Below are positions 40,857-48,593 of a DNA stretch of 48,691 bases, in pieces. The notes under the pieces were generated by a model. That model ran no database searches, was not told the DNA's origin, and saw nothing but the letters and a program-made list of their open reading frames with translations. Both the position numbers and the translations under genes were made by a program. The number at the start of each line of letters is the position of its first letter. Position 1 is the stretch's first letter. Origin of the DNA: a virus. The DNA lies in IMG/VR virus record IMGVR_UViG_3300048924_000031, positions 1 through 48,691 of that record; one strand, 5' to 3'.

Positions 40857-41134
40857 TTCCAGGTAATTCCTTGTTCTTTAAGCATGTCGCACCATTCGTC
40901 GTTAACACATCGGACAATTTCGGTTGAGTTGATTCCATATAGTTCGTCAGATACGCGATCAAATACCAGCGATTCGCGTGATGCCTGCCAGCCCCAGTAA
41001 GCGCCATTAACGCGAATAGATCGATATTCGTTATCAGATCCGCGCTCAAACATCATCTCGATTGAGAAATCACTGTAGCCTTCAGACGACAACTGCTTAG
41101 CCATCGCGCCTTCAAATTCAATCCGCATATCCAT
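40853..41134 (-). CDS. Hypothetical protein, 93 aa
   Basis: ATG 41134 with GGAGGGG upstream. Confidence 0.55.
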   Translation of the reverse strand: MDMRIEFEGAMAKQLSSEGYSDFSIEMMFERGSDNEYRSIRVNGAYWGWQASRESLVFDRVSDELYGINSTEIVRCVNDEWCDMLKEQGITWK

Positions 41135-41178
41135 CACACCCCTCCAAACTCTCAATTTAACTGTTCTCTGGAAAACAA

Positions 41179-41481
41179 TTACTTGCGGTAGCCGGCTTCG
41201 TAAAGGCGCTGAATGATTGCGTCTCTAGGCGCGTACGTACCACCGGCGATCTCAGTCATATCAGCAATGACCCTTTGCCGTTCTTCGGTGTGAATGGGTC
41301 GAAGCTCTACTTCATGCTTGTAGCAAGCGCATGCCTGACCTTTGGCCTGACCATCCCAGCGCCATACAATCACGTTGTCAGCAGTCCATTGAACTGTTGC
41401 AACTCCCCAGTCAGCACCTTGAGAGCTAATCTCGATAACCGAACCAACTGCTGGCGGCCATACTCCATTCCACTCAATCAT
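41179..41481 (-). CDS. Hypothetical protein, 100 aa (module shared with ORF 29399..29893)
   Basis: See the alignment noted for 29399..29893. Confidence 0.55.
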   Translation of the reverse strand: MIEWNGVWPPAVGSVIEISSQGADWGVATVQWTADNVIVWRWDGQAKGQACACYKHEVELRPIHTEERQRVIADMTEIAGGTYAPRDAIIQRLYEAGYRK

Positions 41482-41541
41482 TTTTGTACTCCCTCTGAAT
41501 GTGAAAACAATTTACGGTGCTGCTGGGTTGGCGTCAAGCAC

Positions 41542-41892
41542 TTAATCCACGTCTTCGTAGATTTTCACCACGACTTTTCCGCCTGGAAACTTGTCACGAG
41601 TCCGGACCCTAAGCTGAAACCGAACGTCGTCAATCTCCAGAGCTTCAGCAATCCCATCTCTACCCGACTTGAAGCTGGCAATCATGTTGTCGTCGTCTCT
41701 GTGGCGCTTGTCAGGCGGAAAGAACTCAAGGTCTAGCACGAGGTCGCCATCTGGCACATCGTGGCTAGATTCGCCTGCTATGGCCTTGCAGGTGCCACGG
41801 TACATCTTGATGTATCCCATCTTTGCAGCCCAATGGAGCTTTTTGTTAGGGTTGAGCTCCTTGGGAGGGTATGGCACGGTGATTTCTATCAT
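41542..41892 (-). CDS. rusA: RusA-type Holliday junction resolvase
   Basis: ITVPYPPKELNPNKKLHWAAK...YR...DDDN pattern. ATGA overlap at 41892. Confidence 0.75.
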   Translation of the reverse strand: MIEITVPYPPKELNPNKKLHWAAKMGYIKMYRGTCKAIAGESSHDVPDGDLVLDLEFFPPDKRHRDDDNMIASFKSGRDGIAEALEIDDVRFQLRVRTRDKFPGGKVVVKIYEDVD

Positions 41893-42272
41893 TCGCCAGA
41901 ATCCATCTTGACCAGATAGTATTTGCACCAGAACACATCTTGCCGCTCTCCTGCCTCATAGACGATAAATGGTGTCTGACCTTCCTCTGGCAGTGTCAAA
42001 TCACCGATAACCTCGGCAATAGCCTCTTCGATCAGCTCAAAATCACCAGACTCAAGAAAAGAATCGAACATGTTGATGATCGTTACGCCGTACTCGCCTT
42101 CCTCAATGTCGCATCCGCACTCGGTAGTGATGAACACCTGAAAGACCTTCTTGTAGCCGGCGATACCTGGCAGTGTGGCGCGATCAGGGCAGTCAGCATT
42201 CTTGATCTCTAAGCACTGGTTGAGGTATTCGATCTCTGCTTTTGCGTATTCCAGTTCGTCTGCCATTTTCAT
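41889..42272 (-). CDS. Hypothetical acidic protein, 127 aa
   Basis: Coupled chain. Confidence 0.55.
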   Translation of the reverse strand: MKMADELEYAKAEIEYLNQCLEIKNADCPDRATLPGIAGYKKVFQVFITTECGCDIEEGEYGVTIINMFDSFLESGDFELIEEAIAEVIGDLTLPEEGQTPFIVYEAGERQDVFWCKYYLVKMDSGE

Positions 42273-42523
42273 TTCTTAACCTTCAGCAATAAATTCAGTT
42301 GGCGCCGTGTTTCGGCTTCTATGTCGGGCCTAGTCTTTAATTCGCGCTCTGCCCATAGTCGTTTCTTGCCTGACTTCAGTCCCAAATAGATCTGGTTGGC
42401 GTGCTGGTTGGCTGCCTTCCATCTCTGGAGACATTCCTCTTTGTGGCTCTCGATGGTCTCGCGCTCGGCAGTCGAAAGGGTTGCCAAGTTGAGAGATCCA
42501 GCAGGTGTAGCAGATGTGGTCAT
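42269..42523 (-). CDS. Hypothetical protein, 84 aa
   Basis: Coupled chain. Confidence 0.55.
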   Translation of the reverse strand: MTTSATPAGSLNLATLSTAERETIESHKEECLQRWKAANQHANQIYLGLKSGKKRLWAERELKTRPDIEAETRRQLNLLLKVKK

Positions 42524-42535
42524 TGTCGCTCTCCA

Positions 42536-43930
42536 TTAGTAAGTTGGCTCCTGATCTTTCTTCTTGAAGTCTTTTGGATTCTTAGGCTTTGCTGCCCTCT
42601 CTTCCTCGCGATCCTCATAGTTGGACTGGACGGCATTTTCGAATTTTGCCCTGTCACCATGGAATTGAAGCAGACAGAAGCCAGGCTTTGCGTGGCGAAC
42701 CTTTACCGCCTCCACCTCGGTAATACCATTAACGCCTCGTTCAGATTGCATATCTCGGTGCGCCATGATGATTACGTCTGCGTCTTGCTCAATCTCGCCA
42801 GAGTCGCGCAGATCGCTCATTTTTGGCCTTGGGTCAGTACGACCCTCGATGCCACGGTTAAGTTGCGCCAGAGCAACCACAGGAACGTTCAGCTCCTTTG
42901 CCAAAGCTTTTAGGCCGCGACTGATCGCACCGAGCTCTTGGTTTCGGTTCTGTATGTTCTTTGATGGGTCTCCAACGATCAGGCCAATGTAATCAATCAC
43001 GATAAGGTCTAGCGGCTTTGCTCTGTGCTGGAACCTTGCCATGTTGCAGATGCGGCTAAACATTAGCGCCGGCTTTTCGCATATATGCAGATTTGAATTC
43101 TTCAGCTTCAGCGCGGCTGACATTATCTTGCCTGCCGTCTCCGGATCATCAAAAGCATCGCCGGTCTCAATATCGTTAATCCGGATATCCGATACAGAAG
43201 CGAGCGTTCTTTGCGCAAGATCAATATCAGCCATCTCAAGAGAGAAAACTAGCGTGTTCTTGCCATGGATAATCGATGAGCGCTCCGCAAGCCCCATGCC
43301 TAGAACTGTTTTGCCAGTACCAGGACGACCAGCAATAATGATTAGATGGCTACGTCTAATTCCTCGAATGATCTTATCAAGATCTTCAAGCCCGAAATCA
43401 AGACCAAGATCACCCTGGCCGGACCGGCGAAGCTCAATACGATCCATTAGCTCGTCAAGCACCACCCCTATTTGCTTAAAATCAGGCTTATCATCGCCCA
43501 CATTAAGACTCATGATGAGAGCCTGAGCCTGTGCGACCTGATCAGCGATCTTGCCTTGTGACTGCGCAATTTCAGATATTTGCATAGCAAGTGATTGAAG
43601 CTTTCGTGCAGTTGATCGCTCAAGAACAATCCGCGCATACGTTATCGCGTTTGCAGCACTTGGCACGTTGCGCATGATGTCAGCAGCGTAGATGATAGTC
43701 ATCTCGCCGCTGGGAAGATCTTGTCGTAGGTCCATCAGTGTGACTGGGTCAGGGCTGATCTGCTTTGAATGACAGGCCAAGATCATTGAGTAAAGAGTGC
43801 TGTTGTCCTCGTAAGCAAAATCCTGCGGCCCAAGGAATGCTGCAATCTCTTCGCAAAGCTCAGGCTTAATCATAAGAGCGCCGATAACACCGTGCTCTGC
43901 CTCTTGCGAATAAAGCTCCCTCTCAACCAT
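42536..43930 (-). CDS. dnaB: Replicative DNA helicase (DnaB family)
   Basis: N-terminal AEHGVIGALM, Walker A GRPGTGKT, and LIVIDYIGLI plus ALAQLNR motifs. Confidence 0.92.
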   Translation of the reverse strand: MVERELYSQEAEHGVIGALMIKPELCEEIAAFLGPQDFAYEDNSTLYSMILACHSKQISPDPVTLMDLRQDLPSGEMTIIYAADIMRNVPSAANAITYARIVLERSTARKLQSLAMQISEIAQSQGKIADQVAQAQALIMSLNVGDDKPDFKQIGVVLDELMDRIELRRSGQGDLGLDFGLEDLDKIIRGIRRSHLIIIAGRPGTGKTVLGMGLAERSSIIHGKNTLVFSLEMADIDLAQRTLASVSDIRINDIETGDAFDDPETAGKIMSAALKLKNSNLHICEKPALMFSRICNMARFQHRAKPLDLIVIDYIGLIVGDPSKNIQNRNQELGAISRGLKALAKELNVPVVALAQLNRGIEGRTDPRPKMSDLRDSGEIEQDADVIIMAHRDMQSERGVNGITEVEAVKVRHAKPGFCLLQFHGDRAKFENAVQSNYEDREEERAAKPKNPKDFKKKDQEPTY

Positions 43931-44732
43931 TGTTCTTCTCCAGTGCCGCGATTATGTTTTTTTCCTTCAGTACGAACGTGAAGTCAGCTCTCCAGCCCCT
44001 GTCATTCACGCCGCACCAATGAGTGTCGTTTGGGCAAATCGAGAAGTAGGCCCTCCAGTACTCGATTCCATATTCCTTGAACGGCTTTTCTCCTGCGATC
44101 TTAAGCTCAATAGCTTTATCTATCAATCGCTTTCTTTCAGCGTTTAGGCTGTCGCAGCCAATCAGCTTTCCTTTGCCTGCACAGAGCTCGTTGTAAGAGG
44201 CCATGATCGCCTCGTAATCTACAACCGGCTTAGCCCTGGCCTTTGGCTTTACAGGAGTAATTGGTTCTCCAGAGAACAGATCATCAACACCGGTTGCCGA
44301 GTCATCGGCGACAAGAGCTCTTGATTCTAATATTCTCTTCTCTTCTTTAGGTAACGCACCTTGCGTTAGCGTAGCGTTAACCTTGTGCAAAGCCACGCGC
44401 TTAGCGGTCAGAGCTCGATTCTTTGCCGTCTTACCATTGTGTCTGTCGAAGTTAGGAAGGGCCACAAAAGGCAGATCACCTTCCGAATATTCAATCATCC
44501 AACCTGCTTTTATCATGCAATCGCAGAAGCCATTAACGCCACACAAACGGTCTACTAACCTTTTGCTAACGCTTGGAGCGTTACCATTCTCTGTTTGCTG
44601 GTCAAACCAAGCCCAAACCCGCAGTAATTTACCTATCGCCGCATCCTCGTCGATGCCTGCTAGGTCTGCCACCTGATAAACCTCCGTCTTCTCAAACGTA
44701 GACAGTTCAAACTTAATCCAATCGCCAGCCAT
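43923..44732 (-). CDS. Replication organiser / initiator-like protein
   Basis: Overlaps the dnaB start by 8 nt. N-terminal winged-helix-like region typical of phage replication proteins. Function inferred mainly from position. Confidence 0.55.
   Translation of the reverse strand: MAGDWIKFELSTFEKTEVYQVADLAGIDEDAAIGKLLRVWAWFDQQTENGNAPSVSKRLVDRLCGVNGFCDCMIKAGWMIEYSEGDLPFVALPNFDRHNGKTAKNRALTAKRVALHKVNATLTQGALPKEEKRILESRALVADDSATGVDDLFSGEPITPVKPKARAKPVVDYEAIMASYNELCAGKGKLIGCDSLNAERKRLIDKAIELKIAGEKPFKEYGIEYWRAYFSICPNDTHWCGVNDRGWRADFTFVLKEKNIIAALEKNNG
44264..44277. promoter_or_regulatory. Palindrome family copy GTTCTCCaGAGAAC (13/14)
   Basis: Read directly inside the replication-organiser gene. 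Confidence 0.6.
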
Positions 44733-44741
44733 TCGGCCTCC

Positions 44742-45356
44742 TTAGCGTTTAAGCATTTCACGAAGACTGACTAGAGCCGCTACTGCGCTCTCTTTCTTTT
44801 TCAAGCTTGATGCCTTAATTTTCTTCGGAGTTTGACCATGATCAAACCTTGCCTGTCTAGCCTCAAGCTTTTGCTTTGCGTTTCCGATTGCCATCCATTC
44901 TTTCTCTTTGCCAGTGCATGGGCTAACAACCTGCTCTCCGGTTGACAGCCGAACAAAGCAAATCTGCATATCGGTCCACTTCTCGTGCCAGCCGGCAGGC
45001 AGCACCTGATATCCGATAGACGGAGTCACTCCATCGGACAAGCAAAGAGAGACCCAATTATGGTCGTAGGGATCTCCAAACAAACCCCATGCAGCAGACC
45101 CGGTAACCTCGGTAAGCCGCTTAAGCTGTGATCGAACCTTATCCTTGTCTCCATTCTTCGGTTTAATCTCAAGGAACGCATTGAAGTCCGGCAGGTAAAA
45201 GTCTGGCAGATACCACCCAATGGATCCAAGGTCGTATCCGTCCGGCTCGTAATCCCAAGCAACATCGACAAGGTCAAAGTACAGAGCCCATCTTGCCTCT
45301 AGCTTGCTTCTGAATTTGTATCCTTGGTAGACGGTCTCGATTGGTTGGATTGTCAT
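44742..45356 (-). CDS. PD-(D/E)xK-type nuclease-like protein, 204 aa
   Basis: YKFRSKLEARWALYFD...WYLPDFYLPDFNAFLEIKP (D...E-x-K). ATGA overlap at 45356. Confidence 0.55.
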   Translation of the reverse strand: MTIQPIETVYQGYKFRSKLEARWALYFDLVDVAWDYEPDGYDLGSIGWYLPDFYLPDFNAFLEIKPKNGDKDKVRSQLKRLTEVTGSAAWGLFGDPYDHNWVSLCLSDGVTPSIGYQVLPAGWHEKWTDMQICFVRLSTGEQVVSPCTGKEKEWMAIGNAKQKLEARQARFDHGQTPKKIKASSLKKKESAVAALVSLREMLKR

Positions 45357-45526
45357 TTGCGCGCTTCCAGATACTCCGAGATCTTTTGAGCGGTCAGGAT
45401 TCCAGGGTTTGCTGTTGCGCCAGTTGCGATAGCCCATATTTTCTGCCTGCTGATGCCTGTTGCTCGGGAGACTTCTGCGTAATTCATGTGCTGTAGCTGT
45501 CTGACAATGTCAGGAAGTGTCAACAT
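45353..45526 (-). CDS. Cro-like HTH regulator, 57 aa
   Basis: NYAEVSRATGISRQKIWAIATG is HTH-like. First gene of the leftward early operon. GAGGG RBS. Confidence 0.7.
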   Translation of the reverse strand: MLTLPDIVRQLQHMNYAEVSRATGISRQKIWAIATGATANPGILTAQKISEYLEARK

Positions 45527-45579
45527 TTGACAACCCTCGTCTGGTTTAGGTGACACATCATATCATGGAATTCAAAACA

Positions 45580-45593
45580 CTTCTCCGGAAAAC
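45580..45593. promoter_or_regulatory. Palindrome family copy cTTCTCCGGAaAAC (12/14), flanked by the direct repeat AAAACACT
   Basis: Read directly in the leader of the leftward early transcript. Confidence 0.55.
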
Positions 45594-45606
45594 ACTTAGA
45601 TTTTCG

Positions 45607-45637
45607 TTGCTATAAACCGCTCGTCGGTTATAACCAA
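45607..45637. promoter_or_regulatory. Overlapping divergent promoters sharing an inverted repeat (candidate genetic switch)
   Basis: Plus strand: TTGCTA-16-TATAAC (45607-45634). Minus strand: TTGGTT-17-TATAGC (45637-45609). Inverted repeat TATAAACCG-CTCGT-CGGTTATAA at 45611-45633. Confidence 0.55.
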
Positions 45638-45745
45638 ATCGTCTTTGCAACATCTCATTGCTGAGCTAGCCTTAGATCAAGGGGCAGCAAGACGCGGCCC
45701 CAAATCTGAAATAAGGATCTAACCACACGAGAGGCTTTGAAAATC

Positions 45746-46306
45746 ATGATGACTACTACTAAAAGCAAGCAAGCACTGGTTCTTCAACAGATCGCTGAGC
45801 AGGGCGACAAGCTGGACAATGTAGCAGGCGCCTTTATGAAGCTAGTCAAGGAAGAACAGATAGACACGCTGGAGAAATTCAATCCGTGGTTAGCTGTTGG
45901 TTACGAAGAGAACGGATGGTCGAACGTGATTGGTCGACCGGTGCCAGGTTCGGTGTTGACTCCGGCACCGAGGGCGGTTAAGCAGTATGCCTCGATGTTC
46001 CGGGCGGCGTATAAGTACGAGATGAAGGTGACTGAGTTCGAAACGGTGCGGCAGATGGTTGATGCTGTTGCCGAGAAGCGTAAAGAACTCGCCAAGCCTG
46101 TCGAACGCATCCAAGACCCAGAGCTTAAAGGCGTTCTGGTGAAAGCTGGGGCTCGAATGAACGGCGCCCTATGGCATGACGCAATAGTCGTCATAGAACA
46201 CCTCAACGACGACGACAAGGACGATTTCGAGCAGCGACTACGCAAGCTCGTGATGCGCTTCCAATCCAAGGTTCCGAAAGAGATCCGCAAGCAGGTTGCC
46301 GCCTAA
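45746..46306 (+). CDS. Hypothetical protein, 186 aa; first rightward early gene
   Basis: ATG 45746 preferred over the TTG at 45737. GAGAGG upstream. Confidence 0.6.
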   Translation: MMTTTKSKQALVLQQIAEQGDKLDNVAGAFMKLVKEEQIDTLEKFNPWLAVGYEENGWSNVIGRPVPGSVLTPAPRAVKQYASMFRAAYKYEMKVTEFETVRQMVDAVAEKRKELAKPVERIQDPELKGVLVKAGARMNGALWHDAIVVIEHLNDDDKDDFEQRLRKLVMRFQSKVPKEIRKQVAA

Positions 46307-46315
46307 GCGTAAAGA

Positions 46316-46329
46316 GTTCTCCGCAGAAC
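46316..46329. promoter_or_regulatory. Palindrome family copy GTTCTCCGcAGAAC (13/14), intergenic
   Basis: Read directly between stop 46306 and the terminator at 46332. Confidence 0.65.
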
Positions 46330-46331
46330 AG

Positions 46332-46363
46332 AAAGGCCAGCTAGAAATAGTTGGCCTTTTTTG
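46332..46363 (+). terminator. Intrinsic terminator
   Basis: aaaggcca...tggccttt stem followed by TTTTTT. Confidence 0.75.
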
Positions 46364-46392
46364 TTGACTCGGGGAAAGTGGCGGGCTAATCT
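46364..46392 (+). promoter_or_regulatory. Sigma70-type promoter TTGACT-17-TAATCT
   Basis: Read directly immediately after the terminator. GGAGGG RBS precedes ATG 46423. Confidence 0.55.
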
Positions 46393-46422
46393 CTGGCTTA
46401 CAAATAAATCGGAGGGTTTGAA

Positions 46423-46608
46423 ATGAACAAGGCAGAATTAGCGGCAATGATGGAAGCCTTTCAGAACAAAGGCGGCAAGGTAGACAAAGTAGAAGAAGGC
46501 AAGCGAGCAATCGATCCTGCTATTCGTCACTGCAAATGCGGCTGCAATGGTGACTGGACTGATCACACCATGCGTCAAGGTGAATCTGGAACTCGGAGTA
46601 ACTGGTAA
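46423..46608 (+). CDS. Hypothetical Cys-containing protein, 61 aa
   Basis: GGAGGG RBS. CKCGC motif. Confidence 0.6.
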   Translation: MNKAELAAMMEAFQNKGGKVDKVEEGKRAIDPAIRHCKCGCNGDWTDHTMRQGESGTRSNW

Positions 46609-46733
46609 TGACCTACCGCGACGCAATCTGGACAGCAATCATCGGCGAGGCTGATAAGTTTGGCCTGACTATTACGGATGCAAAACGTGAGCGATACATG
46701 CGTCTAGTTAAACTTTGGGGGATGACACAGTGA
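46608..46733 (+). CDS. Possible small protein, 41 aa (MTYRDAIWTAIIGEADKFGLTITDAKRERYMRLVKLWGMTQ)
   Basis: TAATG overlap upstream and GTGA overlap downstream. Not in the ORF track. Confidence 0.4.
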   Translation: MTYRDAIWTAIIGEADKFGLTITDAKRERYMRLVKLWGMTQ

Positions 46734-47593
46734 CAGCAATCGCACAATGGACAATGAAACCAGGCATCTACACGGCTGATCAGATTTCTAATGCCGAGTA
46801 TCACGCAGGACCCGGCATTAGCTGCACTGGGCTGAAGAAGATCGCAGTCAGTCCGGCGCACTTCAAGTATGGCGAATTCAAACAGACCGCTGCGATGGCT
46901 ATGGGCAGCGCTACCCACTCAGCCATCCTTGAGCCGGATTCGTTCGCCAAGCAGTACGTCACGTTACCTGATGGCAAAGATCGTCGCTCTACTGAGTACA
47001 AGGCTCTATGTGCTGCTAACGGCACTGACAACGTGCTTGTGTCGGCTGATGCTAGCCAGATCAGCGCAATGCAGTCAGCAGTCCGCGCTAACCCGGTCGC
47101 GAACAAGTGGCTGTATCAGGAGCAGGGTCGTAACGAGTTGTCGGTATACGCAAAAGATCCAGAGACAGGAATCCTCGTTCGCTGCCGATTCGACCGGCTG
47201 CTTGATCGTAGGTTCTCGCCGGATTTGAAGACGACGACTGATGCTAGTCCGCGTGGGTTTAGTAATGCGATTGCCAAGTACGGGTATGCATTCCAGGCTG
47301 CGTTCTACCTCGACACTTATTACTGGGCGACTGGCGACGTGCTGGATGGATTCGGGTTCATTGCCGTAGAGAGCAAGGCGCCGCATAACGTCATGTGCTA
47401 TCGGCTTGATGATGAGTCGATCGCTGTTGGTCGCGAGCAATACCGATCCGCGCTGAATATTTATGCGAATTGCCTTGAATCCGGAGTATGGGACGGTTAC
47501 GATGGCGCTTCAGAAGAACAATTGATCGGGCTTCCGTTTTGGGCGCTTGAGAAAAACGACGAAGTAGAAATCGATTTTGGAGCAGAAGAATGA
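46730..47593 (+). CDS. RecE / exonuclease VIII-like PD-(D/E)xK exonuclease
   Basis: ISNAEYHAGPGISCTGLKK...GSATHSAILEP...RCRFDRL...DLKTT pattern. GTG 46730 with GGGGGA upstream (ATG 46754 is an alternative start). Confidence 0.75.
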   Translation: MTAIAQWTMKPGIYTADQISNAEYHAGPGISCTGLKKIAVSPAHFKYGEFKQTAAMAMGSATHSAILEPDSFAKQYVTLPDGKDRRSTEYKALCAANGTDNVLVSADASQISAMQSAVRANPVANKWLYQEQGRNELSVYAKDPETGILVRCRFDRLLDRRFSPDLKTTTDASPRGFSNAIAKYGYAFQAAFYLDTYYWATGDVLDGFGFIAVESKAPHNVMCYRLDDESIAVGREQYRSALNIYANCLESGVWDGYDGASEEQLIGLPFWALEKNDEVEIDFGAEE

Positions 47594-48174
47594 GTGAAGA
47601 TGTGGATATCCGCGCAGCAACGAAGCCTAAATCGGACCAATTGAACTATGAAAATTTTATCTCTGGCCCGCAGACGTTCACTGTAGCCAAGGTAACTCCA
47701 GGGGATCGCGACCATCCAGTGTTCGTTCACATGGTCGAGTGTCCGGCAACGCCGTACAAGCCTAGCAAGGGAATGCTGAAATGCATCGCCTCCCCTGATG
47801 GATGGGGCGACAAGTCAAGCAAGTGGCAAGGCAAGGCTATCACGCTGTACGGCGATCCGACTGTTATCTACGGCGGTGTTGAGGTTGGCGGAATCAAGAT
47901 TGGAGCGCTTGAAGGCATTGCGTCTGATTACGAAACGCTGATTAGTGCTCGTCGCGGTGTTCGCAAGCCGCACCTGATCAAAAAAATGGAAGTCGTCTAC
48001 TATGACGCCGCCAAGTTTGATGCTAATCTTCCGGCCTGGATTGCAGCTATCGACGGCGGCAAGGCGACAGCGGATCAGATTATTTCGAAAGTAGAGCAGT
48101 CTGGAAAGCTTACTGACGAGCAGAAACAAAAGATCCGAACACCAGCATTTCAATCTGAAGGAGTTGTACAATGA
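47590..48174 (+). CDS. Hypothetical protein, 194 aa, in the position usually held by a single-strand annealing protein
   Basis: ATGA-coupled between the exonuclease and SSB genes. No known recombinase motif recognised. Confidence 0.6.
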   Translation: MSEDVDIRAATKPKSDQLNYENFISGPQTFTVAKVTPGDRDHPVFVHMVECPATPYKPSKGMLKCIASPDGWGDKSSKWQGKAITLYGDPTVIYGGVEVGGIKIGALEGIASDYETLISARRGVRKPHLIKKMEVVYYDAAKFDANLPAWIAAIDGGKATADQIISKVEQSGKLTDEQKQKIRTPAFQSEGVVQ

Positions 48175-48593
48175 ACGTTTGGTCCTTTACCGGTAATCTC
48201 GGCGGCGACGTAAAAGTAAACAAGGTCAGCGACCAATCGGTAGCGAATTTCAGCGTTGCCGTTAAATCTGGTTACGGCGACAAGGCGACCACGATTTGGG
48301 CGGGGTGTGCGCTTTGGGGGAAACAGGCCGAAAGTAAGCTGGTTGATTACCTTCTGAAAGGTCAGATGGTTGCTGTTAGTGGAGAACTGTCCATGCGAGA
48401 ACACGATGGGAAGCTATATCCAAGTGTGCGTGTGAATTCGGTTAGCTTGGTTGGCGGCAAGTCTGAAGGCGGCTCGAATCCTGCGCCACGCCCGCAACAG
48501 GCAGCACCACAACAAAGCCAGCAAGCAGCACCACCAGACGACTTCGGAAGCGACATTCCCTTTGCCCCTGCTCACTACCTGATGGGCGCCTGA
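48171..48593 (+). CDS. ssb: Single-stranded DNA-binding protein with a C-terminal extension beyond the DIPF tip
   Basis: OB-fold N-terminus (NLGGDVKVNKV...FSVAV...TIWAGCALWGKQAE), Pro/Gln-rich linker, then DDFGSDIPF followed by APAHYLMGA. Confidence 0.9.
   Translation: MNVWSFTGNLGGDVKVNKVSDQSVANFSVAVKSGYGDKATTIWAGCALWGKQAESKLVDYLLKGQMVAVSGELSMREHDGKLYPSVRVNSVSLVGGKSEGGSNPAPRPQQAAPQQSQQAAPPDDFGSDIPFAPAHYLMGA

Noticed and set aside
40774-41049. The listed 91-codon minus-strand ORF.
   Set aside because: It is out of frame within ORF 40853..41134 and has a Pro/Arg-rich tail. The ATGA-coupled 58-codon ORF 40680..40856 fits the gene chain better.
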